64,000 nucleotides of DNA from Carpediemonas membranifera BICM (GCA_019828565.1 JAHDYR010000067.1:106722-170721), one strand, 5' to 3'. Positions 10,754 through 22,506 are shown, counted from the first letter of the stretch. Notes: generated by a model from the letters alone, not told the origin. Numbers and translations: made by a program.

Positions 10754-12423
10754 TCACCCTCTGCGTCTGCGCGGCAAGGGCTTCTTCTTGACATACGGCT
10801 TCTTGGCGTCGGCCTCGTGCTGCCAGGCGGCGCGCTCCTTGTTGAAGCTGGAGCGCAGGCGCTTGAAGTCATCCTTGACGGCGTCGTGCTGCTCGACGGT
10901 CATGGGCCACGGAAGGCGGTCGGCCCACTCGCCGGCGGGCGTGCGGCCGAAGTCGGCGAAGATCTGGCGCAGGCCCGAGGCCATCGCCGTGATGGGGTCG
11001 TACCAGGGGGGCAGCGGGACGTCGTGGGGGAAGTCGTAGCGGCACGTCAGCTGCTGCGAGGTCCACTTGCCGGGGCCGTCGGCGAATAGCACGATCTCTT
11101 CGGCCGCGGTCAGGTGCAGAACGGCGGTGCCGTCCTTGGTCGGCAGCACGAATAGGTTGCAGTTGGGCGTGTGCGAGTGGTTGATCCACTTTATCGGGCC
11201 GGCGTGGTGGGTCAGGTCGACCCCGAAGCTGGCGAGCCTGTGCGTGCTCTTGTTGACGACCTCGCGGCCCCAGAGCACGAAGCGGCTGGGGCGGGTGGCC
11301 AGCTCGTCGTGGGGGACGCGCGGGCTTCGGAACACGGCGAGGCTGGCGCCCTTCGCGATCGTCGGGCAGCGCCGACTGGTGATGGTCAGGCTGAAGCCGA
11401 GCTCCTCGTCGCCGTTGCCGAGCACCGTGCGCGCCGCGTTGACGCTGCATGCGATGCCGAGGCGCTTGGTCATGTCGGCGGTAGCCTCGCGGGCCCGGAT
11501 GCAGTGCGTGCAGCAGTAGTCGCAGCGGCAGGACGGGGCGATGCCGTGGACGCCGTGGTTCGAGGCGCAGCTGGCGTGGACGGCACGTCCGCACAGCATG
11601 CGGCAGGGGACCATGTCGTCGCCGTCGGCCTGCTCGCCGCACACGTGACACGGCGGGGCGACGAGGGGGCAGTCGAGCTCTGAGTCGGCGTCGGTCTCGA
11701 TGAAGCCGGCGCGGGTCTCGAGGGGCGGCAGGTCGTGGCGGCGGTACCGGCGCCCGATGGTCTTCCCGGTCTTGGCCGCCTGGGCTTGGCGGAGCGGGTA
11801 CATCAGGTCTTCAGCCGCGTCGGCGCTCAGCTTGTGCCTCTTTTTGAGATGCCTTTTCAAAATGCTCATGTCGGCCGTTTGCAACTCGCATCCGTCGACT
11901 GGGCAGTTGGTCTTCGGGCCGTGCTGCTGTATTCTGTGTTCCCCGAGATTTGCGCATGCTTTCTCGCACTCTTCACACCAAAAGCGCTTCTTGAGCGCCT
12001 CGTTCTCCTCAAGGCGCTCAGGGTGGACGGTGGCGATGTGGCCGTCGAGTTTGGCGAAGACCTTCTTGCAGTCAGGGCACCATTTCTTCGGGTGCGTCTC
12101 CTTATTGCACTTATCGTTGTGGGCGGCGATGTAATGCTTCTCCACATCGCCCTTGCTTGTCCCAGTGTAGCTGTGTTAGCGTTGTGGTGACGAACGAACT
12201 CGCATTCTTCGCAGACGCAGGTCTTGTGCTGCTGGCGCATGTGAGCGATCATCAGATCCTCGGTATCGAAGCCATGGCCGCACATATTCGCCTTGCATGG
12301 GATTCGGCGGTGAAAGTCTTCGATGTGGACGTGAAGCTCGCCATTCTTGCTGAATCGCTCGCCGCACTCGCTGCCATCGTCCAATTTGCACCTACAAATG
12401 CGTTTCTGGCGTGTTTCAGCCAT
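10754..12423 (-). CDS. C2H2 zinc-finger + PHD-like + SET-domain protein (2 exons; intron 12171-12199)
   Basis: Removing the 29-nt intron GTTCGT...GCTAACACAG restores a C2H2 finger CEECDYTGTSKGDVEKHYIAAH; CHVC..CRMLC..VHASC..CDYC PHD-like; SET motifs WINHSHTPNC and QLTCRY. Confidence 0.8.
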
Positions 12424-12810
12424 ATCCAGAAGAATTGGAGCTCAACGGCCTTCTTCCTCTGTAGGGATTTCTCCGGACATCGCAGAATCAGGACCGAATC
12501 AGGGATAATGCCGCGTCGATGGCCCAAACCAACCCTATAAACGTGCTTCCAATGCTTACTAGGCCTATTCTCAGAGCAGGCTGTCCCACCCCACCATCTC
12601 AACGCCGAGATTCAAAGCTGGTCTGCTTTAAACTGCGCAACGACCAGACAACCACACAACACAAAACCGACATCCTATCCTTTTGTCGTCGGCAAGGCTT
12701 GGGCATAGCAACACGCGCCTTCTGCCCCACCATCGTGCTGATGACTTTAACACGACAGACGCCTGCCAAGGCACACGTGATGGAAATGAGAAGCATATGC
12801 ACAATACAGT

Positions 12811-13962
12811 TTAGAACAGCGCAACCAGGGCCACAAGCAGGAGGAAGGCGGCGACATGGATGGCGGTAGCAGAGTCCACCGACCCTGTGGTGACCGAGAC
12901 TACAGAGATGGACGAAGAGCTGGCAGAAGCGGTGTAAGAGAGGTCAACGTTAGTCCAGTCAGTCGAATCGATCTCAGAGTTGATGTCGTTCAGGCCAGCC
13001 GTGCCAGAGGCATCGCCATAGTTGGTAACGGCAACGCTGACACCGTTCGCAGAGGAAGAGTCGATGGTGGGGGTGGCGCCGTCCGCGTCAACGACAACGG
13101 CGCTGATAACCTCCACGGCGATGCTAGCCCACGGAGAGCCTGTGGACACCGCCCAATCCTTGCAGAGGGCGACGACGGTGTCCGTGGCCAGATCAGTAAT
13201 GCCGGAGATAACAAGCTCCGTGGTGGTGGTGGCAGCCTTGTCGTGATCAACGATGCAGGAGGCTGGGGGGTCGACCTCGCACAAGGTGTAGAGGTAGTCG
13301 AGATAGGAGCTTGCCTTATCGTTCACAAGGTCATCAACCTTGCCCACGAAGTCAGTGATGCAGCAACCCCAGGAGTCGATGATGTCGCTGAATGCATCGC
13401 AACTTCCCTCTGCCTTGATGGTGTCGACCGCGTCATAAAGGTCATCGAGGGAGAGAGCCTCTGTGCACCTGGGTAAGCGATGGAATGGGGACACACCATT
13501 CATTGTTCTCGTTCTTCCAGCAAACGAACTCAGCGAGCTCGACGGCGGCGGCGATGTTAACGTTCTCGCCAAGGATGAACGAGAGGGCGCAGCTGTCAAG
13601 AAGCTCGACGATGGCCTCGATGATCTCGATCAGACCCCTGTCATGGCTGTGTGAGCGAAGTCGGGATGGTCTGTTTGAGCGTTTCTATTGTGTCGCCACA
13701 AATTACGGAACCAAGAAACATACCAAATCTCAGAACGAATGTCGTCAGTGAACTTACCACTGATGAGGTTGTAGAGGTGGCGATACGACGAAGAATAGGT
13801 TACGCTAACGTCGACAAATGAAGCAATCGCGGTAACGCAGCTAATAACGCCGTCGGCCTCAGCCTCAGCGGCCTTCTGAGAGCGCATAATCTCGTATCCG
13901 TTCAAAGGATCGCAAAGAACGGCAGAGAGCACGAGGAGAAGAAGGATTACAGCCTTAAACAT
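12811..13962 (-). CDS. secreted/GPI- or TM-anchored Cys-containing surface protein (3 exons; introns 13647-13723, 13469-13496)
   Basis: Signal peptide MFKAVILLLLVLSAVLC; GT-AG introns join three ORF pieces in frame; Ser/Thr-rich stalk and hydrophobic C-terminus. Confidence 0.75.
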
Positions 13963-14337
13963 GTTGTGGCTGAGAAAAAAATTTGAAGATCCATTGACCA
14001 TCCGAGATTCCCATATCATCGCGTATCCTCAAGTAAGACCGACCAATAATCAACAGCTGACGTCACATTCATCAGAATTGCTGCTCTCAGGGCTGTTCGG
14101 ATACAGATGTGGTCAATGGGGAAATAGATTCGGTGACAATCAACGTCAAAGAATCTCATGTCCTCGCTTCCAAAGCAGACAAGCTTCCAACGGCAAACTT
14201 GCACAAAGCCACGCCAGGAAGCGACGACTCGCCTGCGACACGATTGAAGGCCAGCAACGATCTGTCGTCATAAACAATACGGACACAAAGAGAAGTATTT
14301 ACATTCCCATATTCATCATACGTATACACAAGTTGGC

Positions 14338-16821
14338 CTACATGGCGTCAGGCTCCATTCCAACATTTTCAACGTCCTCGTCGCCCGAGAAACCGAGCTC
14401 CTCAATGGAAGAAGCTGACTCGGGCCTGGAGATCTTCATGCCGACCTCGTCTTCACCGATGATCTCTTCGATTGATGACGCCGACGACATGCGAGCGATG
14501 CGGAAGTCTTCTTCCCCCACGATCTCTTCAATGGACGACGCCGAGTCAGGTCGGCTGATCTGTGGGTGAAGGTAGTCAGCCTCGTCCTCGGCGTCGGCAT
14601 CTTCATCCTCGTCCTCAGCTTCACTGGGGGTGTTGGAGTCGGTGTCCTCGTCGTCGGATGCTTCAACGTCATCATCGATGTCAGCCTCAACAGCTTCAGC
14701 ATCCTCCTCAGCAGACTCGTCGGCACTCTCTTCGTCGGACTCCTCGTCTGCGGATTCTTCCTCCTCTTCCTCTTCAGCATCTTCCACCTCTTCATCCGAC
14801 TGTTGTGTGACTTCAGGCTCCTCGGGCTCCATTGGTGATTCGGGTTCCTGAGGCTCCATTGGGGGCTCGGCTTCGTCATGGGCCCTTGCTTCAGACTCAA
14901 TCACGACGTCGCCCTCGACAACAGCCTCAGGCTCGACGACCACGGCCTCCGCCTCGGCAGCAACTGGCTCAGGCTCCACAGCCTTCTCCCGGGTCCATGT
15001 CCCAGGACTGTGCATGGGCGCGCCCTTCTTCACCGCGGGCAGGGCACCGGGGTAATGCCGCCTCTTCTCCAGCAGCGCCAGTCCCCGCCTGTGCTGGATT
15101 TCCGCCTTCTTCCTAGCCATGATGTCCTCTCTCACCCCGGCCTGGGTCAGGGGCCCTCTGGCGTTCGACAGGCCCTTGACCTCCTGGGACGCCTTGGCCG
15201 TGAACTTCTCCATCTGTTGAACCCTGGCTGCCCGCTTCCTTGCCTCTAACTTGCTGACCTCGGCTGTGAACTTCTTCGCATGGGTCTGAATCTCACTGAC
15301 CTTGATCGGTTCAAAGGCCTGCCGCCGCTCAGCAAGCATCGCCTGCTCCTTTTCCATGGCCGGAATGACGACCTTACGGACGTACCGCCCCTCCATCTTC
15401 CGGTAGAGTGGCGTCGGGATCTTAGGGCCCTTGACCAGGTTGAGACGCCGTTCCCGGTCAACCTTGGCGGCCTCCCGCTTGGCCCGCATCGCCTCCAGCC
15501 TGTCCCTGCGTTCCTGTTCCATTCTCTGCTTTCTCTCCTCGTCGCGTCGCTTGGATTCCTCCACGGCAAGCCGCTCCTCTTCCCGTATCTTGTCCTCGAG
15601 CAGCTTACGGCGGTTAGCGGCCTTCATGCGTTGCTTCCGGGCCTCAGCCAATGTCCGTTTGAACCTGGCTTCGCTCTCTGGGTCGCTGCTCAGTGACGTG
15701 CGAGTGGGGCTTCCGTAGACCTTGCCAGAGCCACTCAAGCTCTTGCTGCTCTCCCGGGAGAGCTTGGATGGCGGCGTCCCCCTCATACGCCCAGGCCTAC
15801 TCTGTACAGACCCCGAAGTTGAGGGTGAAGGGCTGGGTCGATTGTACTTGCTGCTCTTGTGTGTCATGGCGGGCAGTGCGGCGGGGGGCGTCTGTACTGG
15901 GGCAGGCATGTCATCCAGGGCACGCGGGGCCTCTGAGATTGGCCGGGTGACCTTGGGCTGAGTTGGCCGGGTTGGCTTGGCAGTCTTCTTGGGGCGGGAC
16001 CGCCACGTCCTCTGGATGGTGCGGGCTGCACTCTCTTCGTCAGCAGCGGGAACAGTCTCCTGTGACTCCTGTGGTTCGGGCTGGGCGGGTGTCTGACTAC
16101 GACTGCGCCACCCCTTCTGTATCGTCTTCGCGGCCTCGTCCCTCGCCTCCCGCTCAACTTTCCGGGACTGGCTGCGGCGCCACTGCGACTGAATGGTCTT
16201 TGCAGCACCGTTCTCGTCTACATCAGGCTCCACCACCTCTCGCTCCGGCTCAGGCTTTAACTCGACCCTCGAGGTCGGCCTGCTCCGCCAGCTGCGTTGA
16301 ATCGAACGGGCTGCGTCATCTTCCTTGGACTTCTGCTTCTTCTGAGCGTCTGTACGCCGCCAGGTATGCTGAATCTTCTTGGCGGCCTCGTTCTCCTTCT
16401 CGGCCATCTTCTTCCTCTCGTCGGTCCGCCTCCAGCTCCGTTGGATCGATCTTGCCGCCTGGTCCTCTTGAGCAGCTTGTTTCTTACGGCTGTCGTTCCG
16501 TTTCCAAGACTTCTGGATGGTTCGGGCGGCTGCGTCCTCACGTTTCGCCATGGTCCGCTTGGCAGCGAAATTTCGATAAGAGCGTTGGATGGTAACTGCC
16601 GCTTGTGCTTCTTCGCATGATGGCTCAACAGCCTGTGGTTCGTTCTGGTCAGTTTCAGCGGCTGGAGCCTCGTTGTTGTCATGACCTTCAGTGTTTTCTG
16701 TAGACGAGGGCTCCTGGGGTGCTTCTCCAGGATTTGGCGCTACATCGCCCTTATGGAGATCGTCTGTCGATATACGGGCGCCGCTAAATCGCAGCACCCT
16801 GTTCTCATCATCTTCTCCCAT
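14338..16821 (-). CDS. multi-IQ-motif (calmodulin-binding) coiled-coil protein with acidic C-terminus
   Basis: Repeated AAxxIQxxWR motifs, central charged coiled coil, E/D-rich tail with SSIEE repeats. Confidence 0.75.
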   Translation of the reverse strand: MGEDDENRVLRFSGARISTDDLHKGDVAPNPGEAPQEPSSTENTEGHDNNEAPAAETDQNEPQAVEPSCEEAQAAVTIQRSYRNFAAKRTMAKREDAAARTIQKSWKRNDSRKKQAAQEDQAARSIQRSWRRTDERKKMAEKENEAAKKIQHTWRRTDAQKKQKSKEDDAARSIQRSWRSRPTSRVELKPEPEREVVEPDVDENGAAKTIQSQWRRSQSRKVEREARDEAAKTIQKGWRSRSQTPAQPEPQESQETVPAADEESAARTIQRTWRSRPKKTAKPTRPTQPKVTRPISEAPRALDDMPAPVQTPPAALPAMTHKSSKYNRPSPSPSTSGSVQSRPGRMRGTPPSKLSRESSKSLSGSGKVYGSPTRTSLSSDPESEARFKRTLAEARKQRMKAANRRKLLEDKIREEERLAVEESKRRDEERKQRMEQERRDRLEAMRAKREAAKVDRERRLNLVKGPKIPTPLYRKMEGRYVRKVVIPAMEKEQAMLAERRQAFEPIKVSEIQTHAKKFTAEVSKLEARKRAARVQQMEKFTAKASQEVKGLSNARGPLTQAGVREDIMARKKAEIQHRRGLALLEKRRHYPGALPAVKKGAPMHSPGTWTREKAVEPEPVAAEAEAVVVEPEAVVEGDVVIESEARAHDEAEPPMEPQEPESPMEPEEPEVTQQSDEEVEDAEEEEEEESADEESDEESADESAEEDAEAVEADIDDDVEASDDEDTDSNTPSEAEDEDEDADAEDEADYLHPQISRPDSASSIEEIVGEEDFRIARMSSASSIEEIIGEDEVGMKISRPESASSIEELGFSGDEDVENVGMEPDAM

Positions 16822-16954
16822 TTGTACTCAAAACTGCCGGCTCATGCAAGAAAAATATCACAAGCTCGGGCCAGCCCATGGCAGGGCCCGCTGCTGGTGT
16901 CGTGCCCTGTATTGTGTCTCTTTTCCGCTGATTTATTTGATGCGATCATTAGGC

Positions 16955-18529
16955 ATGGTTCTGCTCCTTTGTCCACCGACAGCTGACTATGAAGGTCCCA
17001 AGTACTATGGATCGGTCTCTTTGAAGCGTATAGAACGCCTTACTATGCGCGATCGTGTCGATGAATGCCTCAACGGCGCGGACGAGCTGAAGAGCCCCGG
17101 CTCCCCGGCACCTGCTGTAGAGGACGATCTCCTCTTCTCCTCTGGCCACACCACCGACTACTACGAGCTTCTTGGTCTTGGTATGATCCGTCACCGCGCC
17201 TCTTCCGACGACATCCGCCGAGCCTACAAGAAAGCCTCTCTTCTCTTCCACCCCGACAAGTCGGACCACCCCAACGCCATCCAGAGGTTCAAGGCCATCA
17301 CCAAGGCCTATGAGATCCTGTCTAACCCCGAGAAGCGTCTTGCCTTCGACTCTACTGACGATGTGGATGACTCAGTGCCTGACCGAGTGAGTGCCCACGC
17401 CTTCTACGCCACGCTGCGGCCGGTGTTTGCCAGGAATGCCAGGTGGAGTGTTGTGCAGCCCGTGCCTGATCTTGGTCACGAGAACACTGCCATCGATGAG
17501 GTCCTAGCATTCTATGCTTTCTGGGACGGTTTCAAGACATGGCGTGATTTCAGTGCCGACTGTGAATACGACCTGGACGAAGCCCACAACCGAGACGAGA
17601 AGCGCTGGATGATGCAGCAAAACCGGCGGGAGCAAAAGGCCAAGGTGAAGGCTGAGAAGGAGCGGATTGAGAAGCTGATCAACTTGGCCAAGACCAATGA
17701 CCCCAGATTGGCAGCGTACAAGGAGCAGAAGGAACGCGAGAGAGAGGAGCAGGAGGCCGCCCGCGTGGCTGAGGAACAGAGGCGGAAGAAGTCCGAGGAG
17801 CGGCGGGCAAGACTCCGGGCTGAGGCAAAGGAGCGCGAGCGGGAGGCTAAGGAACGCAGGTTTAGGACGGCCCTGACTGCGCTGGAGGGAAAGAACGACG
17901 GAAGCGCCGAGATGGGGTATCTGCTCAAGAGCCTTACCATTGAGGATGTCGACAAGGCTGAGGTTCTCATGGACGAAAAGAGTCTGGCTGCCGAGCTCTC
18001 AGAGATTAATCAAAAGATTGAAGCTCAAAAAGCTGCATTCGAAGCCAAGGTCGCCCAGTCGCACGTCGAAGAGGAGTGGACTGACGAGCAGGACCGGATG
18101 CTCGCCGTCATGGTGAAGAAGGTCAACGAGCTCGTCCCCAAGCGATGGGGGAAGATCAGCAACGCAGTGGGGCGGACAGAGAAGGACTGCATCAAGCGGG
18201 TCAAACAGCTCGGACACAGGAAGCTCACACAACTCAGGGGCAACACCACTGCGAATAAGACCACCGTCATTGCTTCCAAGCCCGTTGAGACCGAGCCTGA
18301 AACTCCGCAGGATAAGGCGGAGGACGACGGGTGGACCAAAAAGGAGCAGAAGGCCTTCGAGAAGGGTCTGCGGGCGTACCCAGAGGCGCAGTGTCGGGCG
18401 GACGGCATTATGCCCTCTATGCGCTGGGAACTCATCGCTGGATTCGTGCCTGATAAGGATGCAGAGGAGTGCAAGCAACGTTTTATTTGGTGCAAGGAGC
18501 AGGTGGCCAAGAAGAAGGCCTCTACATAA
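16955..18529 (+). CDS. DNAJC2: zuotin/DNAJC2 (MPP11) ribosome-associated J-protein
   Basis: J domain with HPDK, zuotin homology region (FARNARWS..PDLG..FYAFW..FKTWRDF), two C-terminal SANT/Myb repeats; likely start ATG 16955. Confidence 0.92.
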   Translation: MVLLLCPPTADYEGPKYYGSVSLKRIERLTMRDRVDECLNGADELKSPGSPAPAVEDDLLFSSGHTTDYYELLGLGMIRHRASSDDIRRAYKKASLLFHPDKSDHPNAIQRFKAITKAYEILSNPEKRLAFDSTDDVDDSVPDRVSAHAFYATLRPVFARNARWSVVQPVPDLGHENTAIDEVLAFYAFWDGFKTWRDFSADCEYDLDEAHNRDEKRWMMQQNRREQKAKVKAEKERIEKLINLAKTNDPRLAAYKEQKEREREEQEAARVAEEQRRKKSEERRARLRAEAKEREREAKERRFRTALTALEGKNDGSAEMGYLLKSLTIEDVDKAEVLMDEKSLAAELSEINQKIEAQKAAFEAKVAQSHVEEEWTDEQDRMLAVMVKKVNELVPKRWGKISNAVGRTEKDCIKRVKQLGHRKLTQLRGNTTANKTTVIASKPVETEPETPQDKAEDDGWTKKEQKAFEKGLRAYPEAQCRADGIMPSMRWELIAGFVPDKDAEECKQRFIWCKEQVAKKKAST

Positions 18530-18779
18530 ACGGTGTCGCTGATCCGGGAGGGTGCTTGCGTGCAGTGCTTTCTGCGCTGACTTAGGTTTGACCATTCTTG
18601 ACCGAGAGAATCAAGGTGATCAAAGGTTATAGAGGCTACCCTGAGCGTCTAAGGGCGCTATACAGTCACAAGCAAGGTCTGATTGGGGGAAATCTCGGCA
18701 GGATCTGGCAGATATTTGTTGTCCTGACCCTTGTTGACGGGACCCCTCTGACGATCAACGACCGTTGTTACCTGCAAAG

Positions 18780-21425
18780 ATGGTGTCTCCGCAGAACTCA
18801 CCAGGAATGAGACGCCGTTCACCAGTAGTTTCGCAGAACCGGGAGATCGACGAATCCACGGAGCAGGCGGATGCGTTGAATCAAAGTGCACATGGCGCCT
18901 GTGGACGTGGCGAACAAACTGATGCCATCGTTGATGCTTTGAATCAAGAAGCTCACGATCTCTACCAGCGTGGCGAGTTTACTGACGCTTTGGTGGTGTG
19001 CGAACGCTCACTCTCCATCGATCCCACACAGAGTGTCGCCCATAACACTCTCGGCAATGTATACAGGGCGCTGGGGCAACACCAGCTCGCCATCAAGTCC
19101 TACGAGGCGGCCGTCCATGCCGAGCCGGACGCAGCCACGGCATTTACCAATCTTGCGAATCTCTACCTTGATCAGGGTGAACTCAAGCAATCAGAGCAAG
19201 TGCACCTGTTGGCACTGGAGCGTGACAGCGCCTCAATGCCGTCTCTCATGAGTCTGGCGTTCATATACCGTCAAATGCACGAGTACGTCAAGGCCGCCGA
19301 CGTCTGTCACCGCGCATTCAACGTCGGCGACTCCCGCGGCAGCACGCTCGACCCTTTGGTAACACTAGGCCTCATATTTTGCGAGATGGGTGACCCCAGC
19401 AAGGCCATCCCCGTGTACAAGCGGGTTATTAGCACCTACCCCGACCGCCAGGAGGGCTACATCGGGCTGTCTCACGCCCTGCAGCAGACCGGCACCGGGG
19501 CCCAGGCCTATGCGACGTTCCTCCACTTTATCAACAAGTTCCCCGAGGCCGTCACCGCGCCCGTCCGGGACAGAGCCGGGTGTCTCTGTCTCCACGAGCA
19601 CAGGTTCGCAGAGGCCATAGAGCACCTTAAGCTGGCCATCGAGCTCGACCCGACCTACGCCCCCGCTGTCAATAACCTGGGGACGGCGTACAGAGCACTG
19701 GGAAACCTCCCCGACGCGGTCTCGGCCTACCTTCAGGCCATTAGCCTCGACCCCAACTACGCCGACCCCTACAGCAACCTGGCCAATGTCCTTAAGCACG
19801 GGGGCGACTACCGTAAGGCGCTACAGTACTACACCAAGGCCCTCCAGCTCAACCCGTCCTTCTTTGACGCCCACATGAACGTCGGACACCTCTACAAGGA
19901 CCATTCCCGGTTTGAGGACGCTATTGGCCACTACACTAGGGCCCTAGAGATCGACTCCGACTCCAGCGACGCGCTGATCTCGCTCTTTTACGCCGAGATG
20001 TGCGTCGGGAAGTGGGACTTCTTTCAGACCAGACTCCTTGGTCTCAAGGCGTCAGTTGGCGACCAGCTCCGTCGGGTGTCGGGCAACCGCATGGCCCCAC
20101 TCCCCTCTGCCCAGCCGTTCCATGCTCTGGCAATGCCCCTGGATGACACCCAGGTGAGAGAGATCAGTAGGGCGTACGGCCTCAGGTGTCAGGCGGGGGT
20201 CGACGCGATGGGCCTGGCGAGGTTCTCATTCGATCATTTGATGCAGCCTGGCCAAGTGAGGATCGGGTATGTTTCCTCCGACTTCGGGGACCATCCGTTG
20301 TCTCATCTCATGGCATCGGTGTTCTCCATGCATGACAGGGAGCGTGTTTCCGTATACTGTTACGCCCTCAGCAAGCACGACGGGTCCGTCTACCGCGACA
20401 AGGTCGAAGCTGACTCCGACGTATTCCGTGACTTGTCTGCTATGACTGACGTCGAGGCCGCCCGCACCATCCACGGGGACAGCATCCATGTCCTCGTCAA
20501 TCTCAACGGGTACACCCGCGGCACCAGGAACGAGATCTGCGCCATGCGGCCTGCTCCAGTGATTGCCAGCATGCTCGGCTTCCCCTCCACTACGGGCGCG
20601 CCCTTCATTGACTATCTCGTGACGGACAGGGTGGCATCACCACCCGACCTGGGCTATCTCTACAGCGAGAACCTCGTATTCTTGCCGCAGTCGTACTTTG
20701 TGACAGATCACAGACAGGCCCACGCCGACCTCTTCACCGACGAGGAGCTTCAGGGCGCGTGTGAGCGTCGGGGCGAGGCCAGGGCCGAGATGCGGCGGGT
20801 GTACGGCATCCCCGTCGACGCATTTGTCTTCGCCTGCTTCAACCAGGTGTACAAGTTCGACCCCGCCTCCTTCACTCGTTGGGTCCGAATCGTCATGGCC
20901 AACGAGCGCCGTAACGCCGTACTGGTCCTGCTCCGCTTCCCACCGGAGGCAGAGGCCCGCCTCAGGGCATTCGCGATGAGCCTGGGCCTGGAAGCCGAGC
21001 GTCTGGTCTTCCTCGACACGGCGCCCAAGGCCGAGCACATAAGACGGGGCCTCATAGTCGACGTCTTCCTCGACACGTGGCACTGCAACGGGCACACCAC
21101 CGTCGCTGACATCCTCTGGGCGGGTGTTCCCGTCGTGACGATGCCGGCCAACACCATGGCCTCGAGGGTTGCCACATCTATGCTGGAGTTCATGGGTATG
21201 GGCGAACTCGTTGCCACGTCACCCGAGAAGTTTGTGGAGATCGCCAACCACCTCTGCCGCGACAGTGCGTACTACACCAGCATCCGCAGTCATCTTACGG
21301 CCGCCCGCCTCGGCCCCGGTCTGTTTGACACGGCGGGCTGGGTGAGGGCGTGGGAGCGGGCGGCCGACCTTATGGTGCAGCAATGGAGGCTGGGCGGACG
21401 GCCGGTGACATTTGAGGTCGAGTAA
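18780..21425 (+). CDS. OGT: O-GlcNAc transferase (GT41, TPR repeats)
   Basis: TPR array, QPFHAL, RIGYVSSDFGDHPLSHL, VNLNGYTRG, FNQVYK, FLDTWHCNGHTT..DILWAGVP. Confidence 0.93.
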   Translation: MVSPQNSPGMRRRSPVVSQNREIDESTEQADALNQSAHGACGRGEQTDAIVDALNQEAHDLYQRGEFTDALVVCERSLSIDPTQSVAHNTLGNVYRALGQHQLAIKSYEAAVHAEPDAATAFTNLANLYLDQGELKQSEQVHLLALERDSASMPSLMSLAFIYRQMHEYVKAADVCHRAFNVGDSRGSTLDPLVTLGLIFCEMGDPSKAIPVYKRVISTYPDRQEGYIGLSHALQQTGTGAQAYATFLHFINKFPEAVTAPVRDRAGCLCLHEHRFAEAIEHLKLAIELDPTYAPAVNNLGTAYRALGNLPDAVSAYLQAISLDPNYADPYSNLANVLKHGGDYRKALQYYTKALQLNPSFFDAHMNVGHLYKDHSRFEDAIGHYTRALEIDSDSSDALISLFYAEMCVGKWDFFQTRLLGLKASVGDQLRRVSGNRMAPLPSAQPFHALAMPLDDTQVREISRAYGLRCQAGVDAMGLARFSFDHLMQPGQVRIGYVSSDFGDHPLSHLMASVFSMHDRERVSVYCYALSKHDGSVYRDKVEADSDVFRDLSAMTDVEAARTIHGDSIHVLVNLNGYTRGTRNEICAMRPAPVIASMLGFPSTTGAPFIDYLVTDRVASPPDLGYLYSENLVFLPQSYFVTDHRQAHADLFTDEELQGACERRGEARAEMRRVYGIPVDAFVFACFNQVYKFDPASFTRWVRIVMANERRNAVLVLLRFPPEAEARLRAFAMSLGLEAERLVFLDTAPKAEHIRRGLIVDVFLDTWHCNGHTTVADILWAGVPVVTMPANTMASRVATSMLEFMGMGELVATSPEKFVEIANHLCRDSAYYTSIRSHLTAARLGPGLFDTAGWVRAWERAADLMVQQWRLGGRPVTFEVE

Positions 21426-22051
21426 CATGGTGTTGATATGATATCGCTAGCTGAAGATATGGGAACGGTATTTTATCTCTAAATTACGAAAATTACGAAA
21501 TTCAGTTGATTGAAGACAGATATGAGCACCCGTCTCGAAGCACAGTCGACCCGTGTGAATCACGGCATGGACTCAACTGTTGTCTGGCTGACCAAGGAAC
21601 AATACTGCGAGTGGGACACCGATTCGGTGAAGAACTCGACATCGATGTAGAAGACAGGAGAGCACACCTGCATAATTGATCACAGTGTCATGCAGCTGGC
21701 TGCATCGGCGACTCGAGCCACAGTCGACCATGGCCAGTCTCACTTCCAACCCGACTGCTGCTGGCTGCCATCATCATCCGGGCAGAGTTCAGATCAGAGC
21801 AGTAGTCTGGGTGACAACATCCAGGTCTGTCAAGGTTCAGGTTTTCGTGCTGTTGATTGTGATCGGAAGAATGGCGGAAATGAACTGGGAATACCGCCAC
21901 TGCGCGCGCAGGCATGTGTACTGGACATAAATGCGATGAATCGACTTGTTTGAAGGGGATTGGCGTCAGATAAAGGAGTAAAATCGGTGTTACAACCGCT
22001 AGTGTTAGGATGTCAGGAGCAGCATAGGCGAAACTGCTCCTAAGCGAAAGA

Positions 22052-22396
22052 ATGAGCTTTGGGAGGCAAGAGCATGAATGCTCCGCACGTGAACATGACG
22101 GAATCATGGACGAAATATCCCGTCAACTCAACATCTTGGGGGTCCGAGTGGCACCGGACGGGCACTTTCCCAACCCAGTCAGAGTGCTGCTCACGACTAG
22201 AACTCGTGAGCATCCGGTCCGGGGGGCGCGCAACCAGGCCCGCGGATTGTATCGGGGGGAGGCGCCGGCCGAGACAGCCCGTCCGCGACGTCCCCGTCGT
22301 GATGACGGGAACCCCGAGCCCCGCGATGATGACGGGAACCCCGAGCCCCGCCGTGATGACGGGAACCCCGAGCTCCGCGATGATGACGGGAACCCC
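22052..22396 (+). pseudogene. 5' half of an RDDDGNPE-repeat protein gene interrupted by the outer LTR element
   Basis: 24-bp repeats stop at LTR start 22397 and resume in frame at 55999. Confidence 0.75.
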
Positions 22397-22506
22397 TGTG
22401 GTCAGTCCTGGACACAAGGGAACCAATAAAGACTTTAGAGAGAATACTGCCATATCCTGCACCAAATGTGCAGGATAATACCTGTTGTGACCTGAGTCAC
22501 ACCACA
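22397..22506 (-). repeat. 3' LTR of outer element
   Basis: Identical to 55889-55998; TG..CA termini; PPT at 22507-22516. Confidence 0.92.

Noticed and set aside
22299-22396. 24-bp repeats (also 55999-56153) as a CRISPR array
   Set aside because: Contiguous coding tandem repeats with no unique spacers and no cas genes; eukaryotic context
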